From NCBI GenBank assembly GCA_964016885.1, contig OZ024756.1, forward strand, positions 10,292,001-10,356,000: a stretch of DNA of 64,000 nt, given 5' to 3'. This document shows positions 38,201 to 56,182 of the stretch, one piece after another (positions within the stretch are counted from its first letter, which is position 1; the number at the start of each line of letters is the position of its first letter). The DNA comes from Eledone cirrhosa (taxonomy: Eukaryota). The notes under the pieces were generated by a model. The model was not told where the DNA came from, did no database searches, and saw nothing but the letters and a program-made list of their open reading frames with translations. Both the position numbers and the translations under genes were made by a program.

Positions 38201-40886
38201 TCACGGCACAGGCATTGCTTTATATCTGGAGATCTCTCTGCACTTGTCGTCACATGGTACCATGGGCCCAGCACTATGTGTCAATAATTGTCACATGTGT
38301 AGTGTTTGTACCAGAGTTTTCAAGTCGCTGGCTGGACTAAAAAGTCACACTCGTTCAGCGCATCGGTAGGGGTTCTCCTACATGGATATAAAGTAGTGGC
38401 CGTACTCGAAAACGAGTTGGCAGCCACTTTTTTTTATGTATGTATGTATGTGTGTGTGTGTGTGTAGTTGGCGGTTGAGAGAAGAGTACTCAATACCGAA
38501 GTAATCTTGTAATGAGGCTTGCAGAATGGTGAGTCCGACATTCTGGACGCTGCTGCCTTGTAGAAGTCCCAAATCGAAGCTGTGACACTCTCGTCCCCAT
38601 CATTCAGCAGGGATTTTGCCAGGCAGCCGCATCATCTCCGATGGTTGGGCTTCTTATTCGGAAATTGAAGGTGGGATTTACGTTCATGATGTTGTGGTGC
38701 ACGAACGGAACTTTGTAGATCCTGCGGACCTTGATGTGCACACACAGCTCATAGAGAACACATGGAGCCGTGCAAAGAAGAAGCTTCGTCGCCAGCATGT
38801 TTCGTTTAAGCACACACACAAAATGTAAACACGACGTTCGAAAATGAAAATAAATTTACTTTCATTATTGCGACTGCTAATTCATGTATGCCTCTCTCTC
38901 TCTCTATATATATATACATGCACACACACACATAATATATATACAGTGAAATTCCGTTATAACGAAATTCACGCAGTATAAAAATAATTCGTTGTAACGA
39001 AACATTTTATATAACCGTTTGTTTGTTGTTCAATTGTATTTTAGTTATGGTGTTTCACATGTTATAACACAGGGAAGTATAGAGTCCAAGTGAAAATATA
39101 AGACAACATATAATCTAAGAAGGTTAAAGAAAAGAAGGAAAAACAAGTGAAAAGAAAGAAAAAGTTAAAAGGAAAAGGTAGAAAAAAACCATTCAAATAA
39201 TTATTCTCATTTAGAAAGTATTTTTTATGTTGGCCAGCTAAAATCTTTCCTCCACTCAATTGTATCAAGTTCATTAGTTAATCCTAACTTTCCTGTAAAA
39301 TATTACTGATTTCAACAAGAACTTTTTGGCTAAAACCACTAACAATAACAAATATGTTTGTTTCGAGAGAAGACCCCTATGTTGTTACTTGACCTGTTGG
39401 AAATAGCAGCCAAATTTCTTTCAGGTCACATTACCTTCTTGAATTAGGAAAGGGCTGTTTGGTCGGTTGCTTTAAGCCACAGTTTAGAGACAATCGGGAA
39501 CTAAACGGGGGTTAGTTCCCTAATGATATATATATCAGGATTGAGTAATCCAAGTTTCAGTTTGACATATTATTCGTAATCACGTGTAACACGTGTTTCA
39601 TGAATGTATTATATTTATTTCTTCTCCACTGTTTTTGATACATCTCAAAATTCTGTTTAGGCAGCCGTCCCTGCTGGGCGGGTTTTTTAGGGCTCCACTT
39701 AAGTCAACATAAGCAACACATACAACCACGTGTGACTACACACCAAAAACAAGAAATCAATCACTGAAATATTGACTTAAATAGTCCTTACAAACCTAAG
39801 GTAACACAACAAAAGCCTACTTAGTCTTACCAGGACGAAAGCTAGGAAATTCCACAATTTATTATTCATCTGAACATTATCTCCATAATTATGTGGTTGG
39901 TGCCAGTAAATCTCTCAACAAGATTTCTGCTGTTAACCTGGCTTCCACACACTGAAGCATTAACACTGCAGTAACTCAACCACTCTTATAACACGTGGGT
40001 TACATTTACAAGCAAAAGAAAAGAAAACACGTAAAGATTAATTCAAATACAAACAGAAAGAAAGATCTATCGCCTTGCTTCTCCACATTTTTATTGGAGA
40101 TTCTCATCCAACATCTGCTAACACAATAAGTTAGTTTCAGAAGCCCCAAGTTCGAGAAGTGATTCAGTAATCTTGGTAAAGTTAAACCTACATAAGTAGA
40201 TATAATTCAGACTAAGGGTCAGACCTGCTTTTATGAGTAGTAAGAGACAATAATATATGGAAGGAGGAGGAGTGAGAGAGATAGAAAGACAAAACTGTGT
40301 TAATTCTCTCTCCCCCCTCTCTTCTTTTACTCTATCTACCTCTTAAGTGTTCATTTCACTGTTTTATTGTCTTACTAGCAGTGTATCCCGGAATTGATCA
40401 TGGTCTGTAATCACCGCATACGAAAAACATTTAAATACTATAAACCTAATTAAATATTCTAAACAGCAACTCACTATAATTCCGTATAGAATAACATTTA
40501 TTAGTACCTCTTTCTCCTAATTATATGCTTTCATGCTTATTTTTGCCTTTTAATGTTTTAGCTTCCTTAGATTTATGCGTTAATGACTAAAGGCAACTGA
40601 CTGCTAGAAATAGCAGCGATATTATCCATTACAACTTAGTCTTTTTTGTTTAAAATCTCCAAAGTTTAGTTATACAATCAACAGTAAGCCTTTTGTACAG
40701 ACTTCGGAATAAACTGGAAGACCGTCAAAATATCATTCTCCTTCTCTCTCTCTTTAAGCAAAGAATCGTTGCTTTCACCCTTAACGGGATCTTCTGAAAC
40801 TCATTATTTTAATAAATAGTTGCTCTACGGCTTATATATACATATATATATTATCCTTATCGAATCCCGTACAGATTTTGGTCTAC

Positions 40887-41117
<231 letters not shown>

Positions 41118-43644
41118 CACATGGCTTAGTGGTTAGAGCATTGGGCTTGCAATCGAAAGGTTGTGAGTTCAATTCTCGGGCCGTATGTGCAAGACAGGGT
41201 CAGCCGACCGGACACTGCCCACAACAGGACAACCCGTCTAACCCATGCTAGCGTGGAAGAACGGACGAAAAAAGGTGATGATGATGATGATATATACACG
41301 TGTATATTCATATATTATACATCATAACAGTTTAAGTTCCATTTTACAAGCTAGCATGTTGTCCTGTTGTGTGAAATGTTAGATCAAATGACCGTGTCTG
41401 GCTCATGCAAGAAACATTTCTGGTTGGTTTCTACAGCTGGATGTCCTTCCTAAATCTAACAACATTTACAGGGTGGACTTGGCATTTATTGTTGTGTTGC
41501 TAACATGACCAACCTACAGGGTGGACTGGGTGCTCTTCGTTGTGACCACCACCTAACAGAGCAGACTTGGTGCTCTTTGTCATGTCACCAATTTGACTAC
41601 TTTGAAGGGTGCTTCGTGTGCCTTCAGTCTTGCCACTAGCATGACCACTTTTCAGAGTGGGCTGGGGGCCTTCTGTCATGTCTATCTCACAGGGTGGACT
41701 GGGTGCTTATTTGTCATGTCACCAGCATGACTACCTTGCAGGAAGGGTTAGGTGTTCTTTTGTCATGTTAGCTAACAGAGGACTTGGTGCTCTTTTGTTA
41801 TGACACCTGCATGACAGGGTTGCCTGAGGAGAGCATGTCAAGCTTTCCATACTTGTATACATGGGTTTGTCAAGAGAGGTGAAAGTGGGGGTGGAGTTGT
41901 GTGTATGTAGGGTGGGGATTGGAGAGGTAGGTCAGGGTGGTGTACTTAGCTGGTAAGGGGGTGGAGTGTTAAGATGTGGGGAGTTGGAAAATTGGAGCAT
42001 ACTTCAAACCACTAAATGTTTCATCCCGTGCACATGGGAATGCAGGTCTCCTGCAGTACTGTATAACACCAGAGATTTCAATCCTGTGTCATCACCTTTG
42101 AGAGGTACTAGGGTCTCAGGTCAGTTTTTACCTCCTCATCCCAAGCTTTCCTAGGTCTTCCTCTTCCATCAATTTCAAACAGTCAACCTTTTATACAGCA
42201 CATAACATGTCCATAACAATGCAATCTCCTCTTCTGCATACTGTATCTTATCCATCTCATGCCCAGGTTCTCTCTCAGTTTATTTACACTTTCCCCTTCA
42301 TGTATATTAATATTACACATCCATCGGAGAATTCAAGCTTCATTTCAATCCAATCTTCTGAGGTCCTCACTGCAATGCAACATTGCTGTTCATATGCACA
42401 CATCAATTTGGTGAAACAACCTTTTGTAGCTAGCAGTAGTAGTAGTAGCACCCTAAACCTTTGCCATCTTGTTCTTACTCTGGTTACTGTACTTTCAGAA
42501 CACCTACCTCCACTGCTAATTTGGTCACTCAGATAACAGAAACTGTCAACTGCTTCTATGGATCCCATTAAATATTTGATAGAGCTTGTATCATAAACGC
42601 GATTGCTGCTTACTGCTCCAGTGCAATGACCCCTCGTAAAATCTACGTTCTTAGCTAACTTACCATGTATGTGTGACCATTAGTTTCTGAGTCCAGTTAT
42701 GGCACCACTGTTTATTAGGGGAGGTACTTCCAAACAGACCCTTCATTAGGCATGCTGACAAATATATTTTGCAATCTAGTTGACTTAATTAGCAGTGTAG
42801 GGAGCTGCTCTGAAAGATGAATAGCTAGAATAAGGATAGGATGGAAAAAGTTTAGAGAGCTACTGCAACAGTTGACCACAAAAGGTTTCTCTCTCTGTAC
42901 AAAAGGACAACTGTATGACACATGTGCAATGATGAATGGTAATGAAACAAGGGGTGACTGCAGAGGATATGTAGACTGGAGAGAAATGAAGCAACCATGC
43001 TTTGTAGGATATGTTGTGTAAGTGCGAGAGAAAGACAGAGCTTGGACAAGTTCAAGAAGAAACTGGGTTTAAGAGTGATCTGAAGTGGTGTGTAAGAGAG
43101 AACACTGTGTTTGTACGGTCATGTGATGAACATGGATAAAATACCACTGGGTGATGAAGTGCCAGAAAATCCCAGTAGAAGGAAGCCATAGAGGTAGACC
43201 AAGAAAGACCTGGACAGAGGCTGTGTGAACTGACTTCAAATAACTAACTCTCACAGAGGACATGACAAAGGAACATGACGAGTTGAAAGATGCCATGTTG
43301 AGAAGGTCCTCTTCAACCAAGCATGGAAAAACGGACATAAAAACAGTGATGATGTTGATGAAGATGACGTACATATACACACATACATAATAAATAAATC
43401 AAACACAGATATGCACATACTTATATACAAACATATACATGGACACAAATTTCTACACACATACATTCACGTATGTAAATTCTGAATGATAGTTTTGTCA
43501 GCACAAGTCTTGGTTACAACTTGTACAAATAAAATGAAAGGAGAAGAAATTTTTAGTAAAACAGTTTTATTCAAAATATTAACATTGGTGGCACTATTTT
43601 AGGTGAGTGATATGGTTTTTATCTTGTCTAATTGTGTTGCATTA

Positions 43645-45739
<2,095 letters not shown>

Positions 45740-47598
45740 CTATATTTCCATCAACTGTGATTTCAGTTAATATCTGAAGATAATACAAACTTCTTTTTCA
45801 TCCAAGTTTAGTTAAAATACAAAACCATCTTATAGTTAAGAAAATAAACTCAATTTTGAGGAAATATTTCACAGTAATACGAGAGATTTATATAAACAGT
45901 GTTATATAAGTTCTGTTAAAAAAGTTGATGTCTTAAAATGATGATAAATAGAGGTGATGTATCCAAGATTGAAAATAATAATTTATACCAATGTCATCTG
46001 ATATTCTGAAATAAGAAAGAAACAGTATGAGATAATACAGAATACTTCAGAAGCAGAGATAGATTTAAGTGGAAATCTTACAATTTTCCCAGCGCCGAAG
46101 ACGTTACTTTTTCCCTAATATAAGTCCCAAAAATCTACCATACGTCCTGGAGGCCGAAGGTTATTTATCATTTTTTTCCAAAAATGTTCATGACTTCGGC
46201 GCTTGTAAATACGGTACCTTGGTAAACTGTAGAAATGTACCTGTGTGATGTTTATTTATATAAACCAAGGCTATATATATGTCAAACTACAGCTGCACCA
46301 TCACTATAGCGGTGTCATCTAGTACAGGGCCTCAAAAGTGTGGTTACCTTGTGAGATGGGTTTGGCTCGGCCGACTGGCTACCCTGCCCATAGTGGCGCA
46401 GCCAACTGGCCAGCCCTACTTGTAACCGTACCAATCACTACCAGCCCCCATAATTATGAAAACTTCATGAAAAGGGTTTGGCCCATCTGGCTGGCCACCC
46501 CTCCTCATAATGGTGCCACCCAGTACCAGGCCCCAAAAGTATAGTTCCACTGTGAGATGGGTTCAGCACAGCCAACTGGCCTGTCCCTCCTCATAACAGA
46601 GCCATCCAGTTCCACACTGTAAACATGGTTGGTGTTAAGAAGGGAATCAAGCTGTAAAATACCCGACCAAATTTACAGACCTCGCTTGAGCCAGGTGCGA
46701 CACATGGCCAACCCTGGCCAGACTTGCCTCCTGGCATGGATGACCCGTCTAACCCATGCAAGAATGAAAAAAATGGACGTTAAATGGTGATGACACAGAC
46801 ATATATATATGTCCCACCCACACTGGACATGTAAAAGACACAGCAAAAAGCACCTAGCCCACACTGTAAAGTGGACATGTAGGTGTCTTGGGAAATGCAC
46901 CCAGACCACACTGTCAATGTGGTTGGCGTTAGGAAGGGCATCCAGTCGAAGAAAGCTAGCCAGAAACACCCCAATATGAGTGAGACACGGTCACCTGACA
47001 CAAATTGCCTCTAAATGGGACCTGTCTAACCCATGCTAGCGTGGAAGATGGACGTTAATTGATGTTGATGATATATAATAAAATGTTGTAGTTTGCTTGA
47101 AGCATTCTATATAATATATAACGTTGAAAGAGATAGAAGGCTAAACAATGCAAAATGGACTGTAAGATGAGGTAACGAAAAGTAAAAGTTACCTGGTAAT
47201 CTTTGTTTTGTTTTTTTTTGTTTTTGTTCTTTTATTTGTTGAATATTGCGGGACCTAAAAGTCCTTTCTTCAGGTTTTAACCCTTTAGCATTTACAATAC
47301 TACATATATACTATTATATTTCCATGGTAAACGCTTTACCTCACATATGTCACATAATAGCGAATCTATGCGATTTTTATATTATTTATATTGAAAACAA
47401 TACCATAACATCATTATGAGTGGCCAATTACGGCTGGTTTAAAACGAAAATGGGGACAAAATTCTGGCCACTTACGGCCAGTTTAAATGTTAAAGTGTTA
47501 AGCAATTTTCATTGGATAATGTTCCAATTTCCTCTCTTTGCGATTAAATTTTGACTTTGATTAAAAAATTTTCTAAGTCATTTTCAAGCATTTTATAA

Positions 47599-49040
47599 AA
47601 TTGATGGGAGCTTTGAAGTAGGAAGACAGTTTGATGGAAGCTATGAAGTAAGAAGACCTAGTTTGAGGTGATAAAAGCTGACTTCACACAATTGATGGAA
47701 GCTATAGAGTAGAAAGACCTGGGATGAGGTGATAAAAGCTGACCTCACACAATTGATGGAAGCTATAGACTAAGAAGACCTAATTTGAGGTGATAAAAGA
47801 TGACTTCACACAATTGATGGAAGCTATGGAGTAAGAAGATCTAGTTTGAGGTGATAAAAGCTGACTTCACACAATTGATGGAAGCTATGGAGTAAGAAGA
47901 CCTGGGATGAGGTGATAAAAGCTGACTTCACATGATTGATGGAAGCTATAGAGTAAGAAGACCTAATTTGAGGAGATAAAAGCTGACTTCACACAATTGA
48001 TGGAAGCTATGGAGTAAGAAGACCTAGTTTGAGGTGATAAAAGCTGACTTCACACAATTGATGGAAGCTATAGAGTAAGAAGACCTGGGATGAGGTGATA
48101 AAAGCTGACTTCACACAATTGATGGAAGCTATGGAGTAAGACCTAATTTGAGGTGATAAAAGCTGACTTCACACAATTGATGGAAGCTATGGAGTAAGAA
48201 AACCTAGTTTGAGGTGATAAAAGCTGACTTCACACAATTGATGGAAGCTATGGAGTAAGAAGACCTAGTTTGAGGTGATAAAAGCTGACTTCACACAATT
48301 GATGGAAGCTATGGAGTAAGAAGACCTAGTTTGAGGTGATAAAAGCTGACTTCACACAATTGATGGAAGCTATAGAGTAGAAAGACCTGGGATGAGGTGA
48401 TAAAAGCTGACTTCACACAATTGATGGCAGCTATGGAGTAAGACCTAATTTGAGGTGATAAAAGCTGACTTCACACAATTGATGGAAGCTATGGAGTAAG
48501 AAGACCTAGTTTGAGGTGATAAAAGCTGACTTCACACAATTGATGGCAGCTATGGAGTAAGACCTAATTTGAGGTGATAAAAGCTGACTTCACACAATTG
48601 ATGGAAGCTATGGAGTAAGAAGACCTAGTTTGAGGTGATAAAAGCTGACTTCACACAATTGATGGAAGCTATGGAGTAAGACCTAATTTGAGGTGATAAA
48701 AGCTGACTTCACACAATTGATGGAAGCTATAGAGTAAGAAGACCTAGTTTGAGGTGATAAAAGCTGACTTCACACAATTGATGGAAGCTATGGAGTAAGA
48801 AGACCTAGTTTGAGGTGATAAAAGCTGACTTCACACAATTGATGGAAGCTATGGAGTAAGAAGACCTAGTTTGAGGTGATAAAAGCTGACCTCACACAAT
48901 TGATGGAAGCTATGGAGTAAGAAGACCTAATTTGAGGTGATAAAAGCTGACTTCACACAATTGATGGAAGCTATAGAGTAGGAAGACCTGGGATGAGGTG
49001 ATAAAAGCTGACTTCACACAATTGATGGAAGCTATGGAGT
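47599..49040 (+). repeat. 61-bp minisatellite with 58-bp variants (unit C)
   Basis: Same monomer; four monomers read GAGTAAGACC (3 bp shorter); variant order differs from A/B. Confidence 0.96.
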
Positions 49041-49355
49041 AGTAAGATAAGTAGGGTTGTTTGAGGAAGAACAGCAGTCACCCATGTATACCAGTCTCTC
49101 ACTCCACGCCACCGATGTTGTTCATGGGAAAGGCAATGGCTGATATAGCTTGTTACCAGTGACATCACAACATATATATACACTATATATATATATTATA
49201 TATACACTGTGTACACTATGTATTATACACTATATATGATGTTGTCCAAGGGAAAGGTAATGACTGATACAGCTTGGCACCAGTGATTTCACAACATATA
49301 TACTATATATATACACTATATATATATTATATATACACTATGTACAGTATATATA

Positions 49356-52300
49356 GAATTCAAATTCTCCCTTTTTCTCTCGGATTTTCAATAAATATCA
49401 TACATGTTTTTAATAATATGTCTCATTCTGTTGGACCCTTCCTAAAAACTAATCTTCTCCTAAAGTTACCCATTTCCCACCCCTCAGACACCACTATTGC
49501 TATATGGCCCAATCATAACTCAGCAGCTTATAGTAAGTTCTCTAACAAATCAGCATAGCAAAGCTACCACCTCAGTTACTACTCCTTAAATTTAGACTTG
49601 TTTGATGGGTGGACTGCAGAATTTGGAAAGTCTAAGCACTCAATGACAATGTCACAGATAAAGATAAAATCTACTCCCGCTGCAGGATGACCAACATAAT
49701 TCCGTCTCCCACACCTCTCCCTGCCCCTCCATCCCACCCTCCCAACTTCAGAGTTGGTACCATGAACGTAGGCACATTGAAAGGTTGCTCAAATGAGATT
49801 GTAGAGATGCTTGACCGTAAAGAAGTTGATGTTTGTTGTATTCAAGAGACTAGGTGGAGAGGTGGGTCTGCCAGATTCATCGTGGGTAAAAAAACGATGC
49901 TATAAACTTTTCTGTGTGGGAAATGACAACGGACTGGGTGGTGTAGGAATTGTTAGCTGAAAAATGGGTAGATAAGGTAATTGACGTAAATAGAGTGAAT
50001 GACAGAATAATTAAAATAAGACATAGTGATGGCTATGATGGAATCCATGGAGGCTATGGGGTTGGAAATAGAAATGAGGAAGGCTCCAGGATCCTGGAAT
50101 TCTGTGACGCAAATAACCTAACTATCTGTAACACAAACTTCAAAAAACGAGAAAACCACTTGATCACCTATAGATCAGGGGAACACGCCAGCCAGATAGA
50201 TTATATCCTTACGAGAAGACGTAACAAAGTGTCTGTTGTAAACACTAAATCCCTTCGCTGTGAAGAATGCACCTCCCAACATAGCCTAGTAGTTAGTGAC
50301 CTCATAGTCAGGAATAGACGTATTCGATGACAGAGGAGGCCTACCTTGAGGAGAAGAATATGGAAGTTGAATGACCCCATAGCCATTGACAAATTTAAAA
50401 GCTTATTACTTGATGCCTTTGACAATAAGGAAGAGCAATTAGAGACGTGCAATATAGAGGAACAGTGGCAAATCTTGTAAGTGAACCTGCTGAAAGCAAC
50501 GGATGAAATCTGTGGCTGGAGTAGACCTATTGGCAGGAGGAGAGTAACTTGGTGATGGAACAGTAAGGTGGAAGAGACAATCAAGGCCAAAATGCAGGCT
50601 TGGAAAGTATGCCAGGATAGAGGAAGTAGAGAGCACTATCAAGTGGCCAGGAGAGAAGCTAGGAGACAAGTGTACCTTGCAAAAAGGGAAGCAGAGGATA
50701 GAAAGATCAAACATTTTCTAGAACAAGAGGACCAACAAACGTGAGGTGTTCAGGATTGCTAGACAATGTGTCAAGGAAAACCATGATATTGTCGGGGAGA
50801 AGTGTGTCCGTAATGATAACGGTGTACTTGCCCTCACTGATGCTGATAAGAAGATAACCTGGAAGTGTCACAAATGAGGAGAATAAATAGGAAAAAGATA
50901 GTCTGCCCCAAATCGATCCAATAGCTGGACCAGTGGTGCAAGTTAAAGGTAGTATAATAAGTAAGGCAATCAAAGATATGAAGACAGGCAAGGCAGCTGG
51001 GCCTTCGGAGATAGTTGCTAAGATGTTGAAGGCATCTGGAATGGTGGGACATACTATGGTCACCCGTATAGTTAACCAAGTAATACAGAATGGGGTCATA
51101 CCAAAAGACTGGCATAGCAGCATCATCATTAACTGCTACAAGGGTAAAGGGGATGCTCTAGATAGGGGAAACTATAGAGGCATTAAGTTAGTTGACCAGG
51201 TCATGAAGGTCACAGAAAGAGTTATAGCGCAACTAATCAGAGAGCGAATTGATCTAGATGAAATGCAGTTTGGGTTTGTGTCAGGTAAAAGTACCACAGA
51301 CGCTCTTTTCCTTGTACGACAACTACAGGAGAAGTACCTAGCTAAAAGTAAACCCCTTTACTTAGCTTTTGTAGACCTGGAGAAAGCCTTTGACAGAGTC
51401 CCCTGCTCCATTATCTGGTGGGCTCTTAGAAAACTAGGTGTAGATGAATGGCTTGTGAGAGCTATACAAGCTATGTATAAAGAAACAGTCAGTAAAGTTA
51501 GCATTAACAATGAATATTGTGAAGAATTAGTGTAAAAGTTGGTGTTGATCAAGGCTATGTCCTTAGCCCCCTCCTATTTATTATTTCCCTTCAGGCTATA
51601 ACAGAGGAGTTCAAGACCATCTGCCCATGGGAACTCCTATACGCAGATGATCTAACTCTCATAGCTGAATCTATGGCTGAACTAGAGAAGAAATTCCAAA
51701 CATGGAAGCATGGCCTAGAATCAAAAGGCCTTAAATTTAACTTGTCTAAGACTAAAGTTCTAGTTTGTAGAAAGGAAAATAGGGCACAGGTGCCCTCAGG
51801 GAAATGGCCATGCTCAGTGTGTAGGAAAGGAGTAGGCAGAAATTCCATTTTATGTCCCAAATGGCAAACTAAAAGATGTAGTGGGATCACAGGTAAACTA
51901 TCTAAGAACGTAGACTTTATATATGGCCGGTGCTCAGGTGCAATAGGTAGCAAGTGTTCACAGGATACTAGCTCCTTCTATTGCCCAGATGGTTCTATAG
52001 AAATAGTGGACAATTTCCGTTACCTGGGTGCCACAATCAGCAGTGGTGGAGGGTGCTCTGAAAGTACAGTAGCCAGAGTCAGAACGGGATGGAAAAAGTT
52101 CAGAGAGCTTATACCGCTGTTGGCCGCTAAAGATTTCTCTCTAAAAATGAAAAGCAGATTGTATGATGCCTGTATATGAACAGCAATGCTACATGGCAAT
52201 GAGACATGGGCATTACGTGCAGAGGACCTGTGCAGACTGGAAAGGAACGAAGCATGCATGCTCCGTTGGATGTGTAATAGTAATATACGTGAACGGCAAA

Positions 52301-52897
52301 GCATAAATGAACTAAGTGAGAAATTAGGAATAAGAGGGATCAGATGCTGTTTACTTGAGAGAAGACTACGTTGGTATGGTCACGTGATGCACATGAAAGA
52401 CGACAGCTGTATAAAACAATGCAGGGCGATCAAAATTGATGGTAGTTACGGAATAGGTAGACCCAGAAAAACCTAGGACAATCTGCTAAATTCCGACCTT
52501 ACACACACCGCTCTAAGACAATGTCACTACACAGTAATACAGAAAACCCGAGTTGCCTATGTACAAAGCGAAACCTAGTCAGTAGCCACCTCTTAACCAA
52601 ATATACACCCCAATCCACTACCCCTACCCTATCCTACCACTCCCACCAACACCACCCTCTCTCTGTAAAGTTGGTACCACAACACCCAGTCCAAATAAAT
52701 GAGATAATGAGATCGTGATCGTGTAAAAAGTTCCGTGGTTGGTGTTAGGAAGGGCATCCAGCCGTAGAAAACCTGCCAGATAGCCCTATACGAGCGAGAC
52801 ACGGTCACCCGACCAACCTTGCCTCAAGTGGGACAACTCCCGTCTAACCCATGCTAGCATGGAAGATGGACATTAAACGAAGATGATGATGATGATG
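49356..52897 (+). mobile_element. Longer, disrupted RTE-clade LINE (unit C)
   Basis: Keeps the EN C-terminal part (RNEEG...SQIDYIL...SQHSLV) and linker (KAAGPS); multiple stops and frameshifts (e.g. ~51528, TGA 52177). Confidence 0.93.
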
Positions 52898-55457
52898 TAT
52901 ATACATATTATAGATACAATATGTACAGTATATATTATACACTATATACGATGTCCAAGAGAAAGGCAATGGCTGATTCAGCTTGGCACCAGTGATATCA
53001 CAGCATATATACTTTATATACATATATATACACTATGAACAATATATATACGCTATGTACAGTATATATATACTATACACATAATATATACACTGTGTAC
53101 AGTATCTATACACTATATATGATGTCCAAGAGAAAGGTAATGGCTGATACAGATTGCCACAAGTGACATCAAAACATTTATATATACTGTATATATACAC
53201 TATATACATATTATACACTATATATGTTGTCCAAGAAAAAGGCTATGGCCGATACAGCTTGGTACTAGTGACATCACAGCATATATACACACTATATATA
53301 TTATACAGTATATATATACACTATATATATGTCCAAGAGAAAGGTTATGGCCGATACAGCTTGGCACCAGTGACATCACAACTCATTTCTACAGCTGAGT
53401 AAACTGGAGCAACGTGAAATAAAGTGTCTTGCTCAAGGACACAACACATCACCCGGTCCGAGAATTGAACTCACCACCTTTTAATTGCAAGCCCAATGCT
53501 GTAACCACTAAGCCATGATACGTTCCAGACGCAACTGTGATATATGGAGACCATAAAGACAACCGGTCTTTCCATAGTTTAAGCCTTAAAATACCTCTCA
53601 TACACGCTTTAAGTACATATAAACTCATTAAAACACACTTTTGTATTTAAACACAAAAAAACAACCAGTAACGATCGTATAGAAACTACCAACCATTGTA
53701 CACTAGTTACCAATTAGGACCATTGCCAGCCACGGTAGCCACTTGGTAATACACTGCACATCTCCCATCAATCTATGAAGGGTTTGTAGTAGATTAGAGA
53801 AAAACACAATCAGTAAAAAAAGTAATGGAATGAAAAATAAAAACATTTGTTCATAATTAAAGCCTTAAGATGTCCCTTCCTTACGATATACACTTTAATA
53901 ACATTGAAACTTATTTAATAAGTTTAAAATTTAAACACTTTTTATTCAGACGTATCGCGATAAGAAAATAGATATGTTCTAACGAAAAATCCGCGATGTG
54001 GCGAGGATTACCGCGATAGGAAATTAGATACGTTCCAAAGAAATATCCGCGATGTAACGGGACCGCGAAAAGTGAACCGCGATATAGCGGGGGTTTACTG
54101 TATATATACACACACAACATACATCTATCTATATACACTCATATTTATTTCGATTTTTGACATTAAAATGTTGACTGAGGGTGTGACAACTGTTTCTTGT
54201 TTGAGGTTGTTCCAGTGGTTGAAATATAGACGGAGGTATTTTAAATAATAAAGACAGTCATGATAACAATATATTTTATATTACATGTAACAGTGGAATC
54301 TGATGATTGAAAAATAACACATCAACATTTCAGTTTGGAAGGTTTTTTTCTAAATATAAAAGTGGAGGAAGAAATATATTTTTCCAATGTTTTTTATATA
54401 TTTTCACTTGTATATAATTACTGGATCGCTGTAGGGTTCAAATAATTATATTATTTTGGCAGTATCAGTAGAGAGTCGGACGCCATGCTTTCCACCATAG
54501 TTACGTCCCTTTACGGTCTGAGTTCAAATCGCGCCGAGGTAACCTTTGCCTTTCATCCTTACGGGGTCGATAAAATAAAGTACCAGTAATGTACTTGATT
54601 ATTGCTGGCCTTGTGCCAAAAGTAGAAACAATTAATATAGACATTAAGTAAATCTTTGTCAACTTACCTCCTTCACATATAATCAATGTGTTGTGTTGTT
54701 AGTTGTTACTAAACAACCAAAGAAATAATCTCTTTGTTATCAAATTAGAAGTTTCAAAGATGTTATCAGCTTTATTTCACGACATTAACGTTGGTGTATC
54801 TTCTTCATCTTTAGTCATAAATTGATATCTTGTCAGAAAGAAGTAGTGAGGCTGACTTTATGTCTTTAGCTATAGATTTGATAGGAAATATACATATATT
54901 ATGTTGATATGTGGTCTAAAATATATATATTGTCTGTAATTGATTGATAACAGATGTTCTGGTGAAATAGTAGTTTTACTACTACAGATTGTAATGGAAC
55001 TCTTAATAGACACAATTGTAAAGTAAGAATAGATATGACAGTGAAAGACTGATGTCGGGGAATTAAAATTGTGTATATATATATATATATATAATTGTTA
55101 CACAAGATATAATTAGATTAATTAAAGTTATAATGAAGACAGCAGGTACCCGGTATCTTTGGAAATGATTTAACTCCCTTACTGGTGTCATACGTTAAAA
55201 GTCCCTGATATAATTTAATACCTTCAGACGCACAGTTCCAATCGTATTTAATTTATTGTAAATCAGAAAGTATCACTCAATAAAAATATCAATTATATAT
55301 CTACGTAGTCTCTCACCCCGCTAGAAATAGCAGTGAAATTATCCATTACAGATTTTTTTCTTTAAACTCTTACGTTTAGTTAAACAATAACAAGCAAGTC
55401 TTTTGTACAGACTTCAGAGTAAGCTCGAAAACCGCCAGAATATCATCCTTCTTCTTG

Positions 55458-55530
<73 letters not shown>

Positions 55531-55532
<2 letters not shown>

Positions 55533-55654
55533 CATACATGACTTTTAACGGTCTGAAAAATGAAAGTAAATTTATTTTCATTTTGTGTGTGTGTTTAGAT
55601 CTAAATTAGTTACTGAGATTAAAGACAAAATCAGAGCCTCTGTCGTTTTAACTG

Positions 55655-55745
<91 letters not shown>

Positions 55746-56182
55746 GTGTGTGTGTAGTTGACGGTTGAGAGAAGAGTACTCAATACCGAAGTAATCTTGT
55801 AATGAGGCTTGCAGAATGGTGAGTCCGACATTCTGGACGCTGCTGCCTTGTAGAAGTCCCAAATCGAAGCTGTGACACTCTCGTCCCCATCATTCAGCAG
55901 GGATTTTGCCAGGCAGCCGCATCATCTCCGATGGTTGGGCTTCTTATTCGGAAATTGAAGGTGGGATTTACGTTCATGATGTTGTGGTGCACGAACGGAA
56001 CTTTGTAGATCCTGCGGACCTTGATGTGCACACACAGCTCATAGAGAACACATGGAGCCGTGCAAAGAAGAAGCTTCATCCCCAGCATGTTTCGTTTAAG
56101 CACACACACAAAATGTAAACACGACGTTCGAAAATGAAAATAAATTTACTTTCATTATTGCGACTGCTAATTCATGTATGCC
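55531..56182 (+). mobile_element. Internally deleted Merlin DNA transposon with both TIRs (unit C)
   Basis: Left GGCATACATGA...AATGAAAGTAAATTTATTTTCATTTT is the inverse of right AAAATGAAAATAAATTTACTTTCATT...TCATGTATGCC; transposase relic lies between. Confidence 0.85.
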
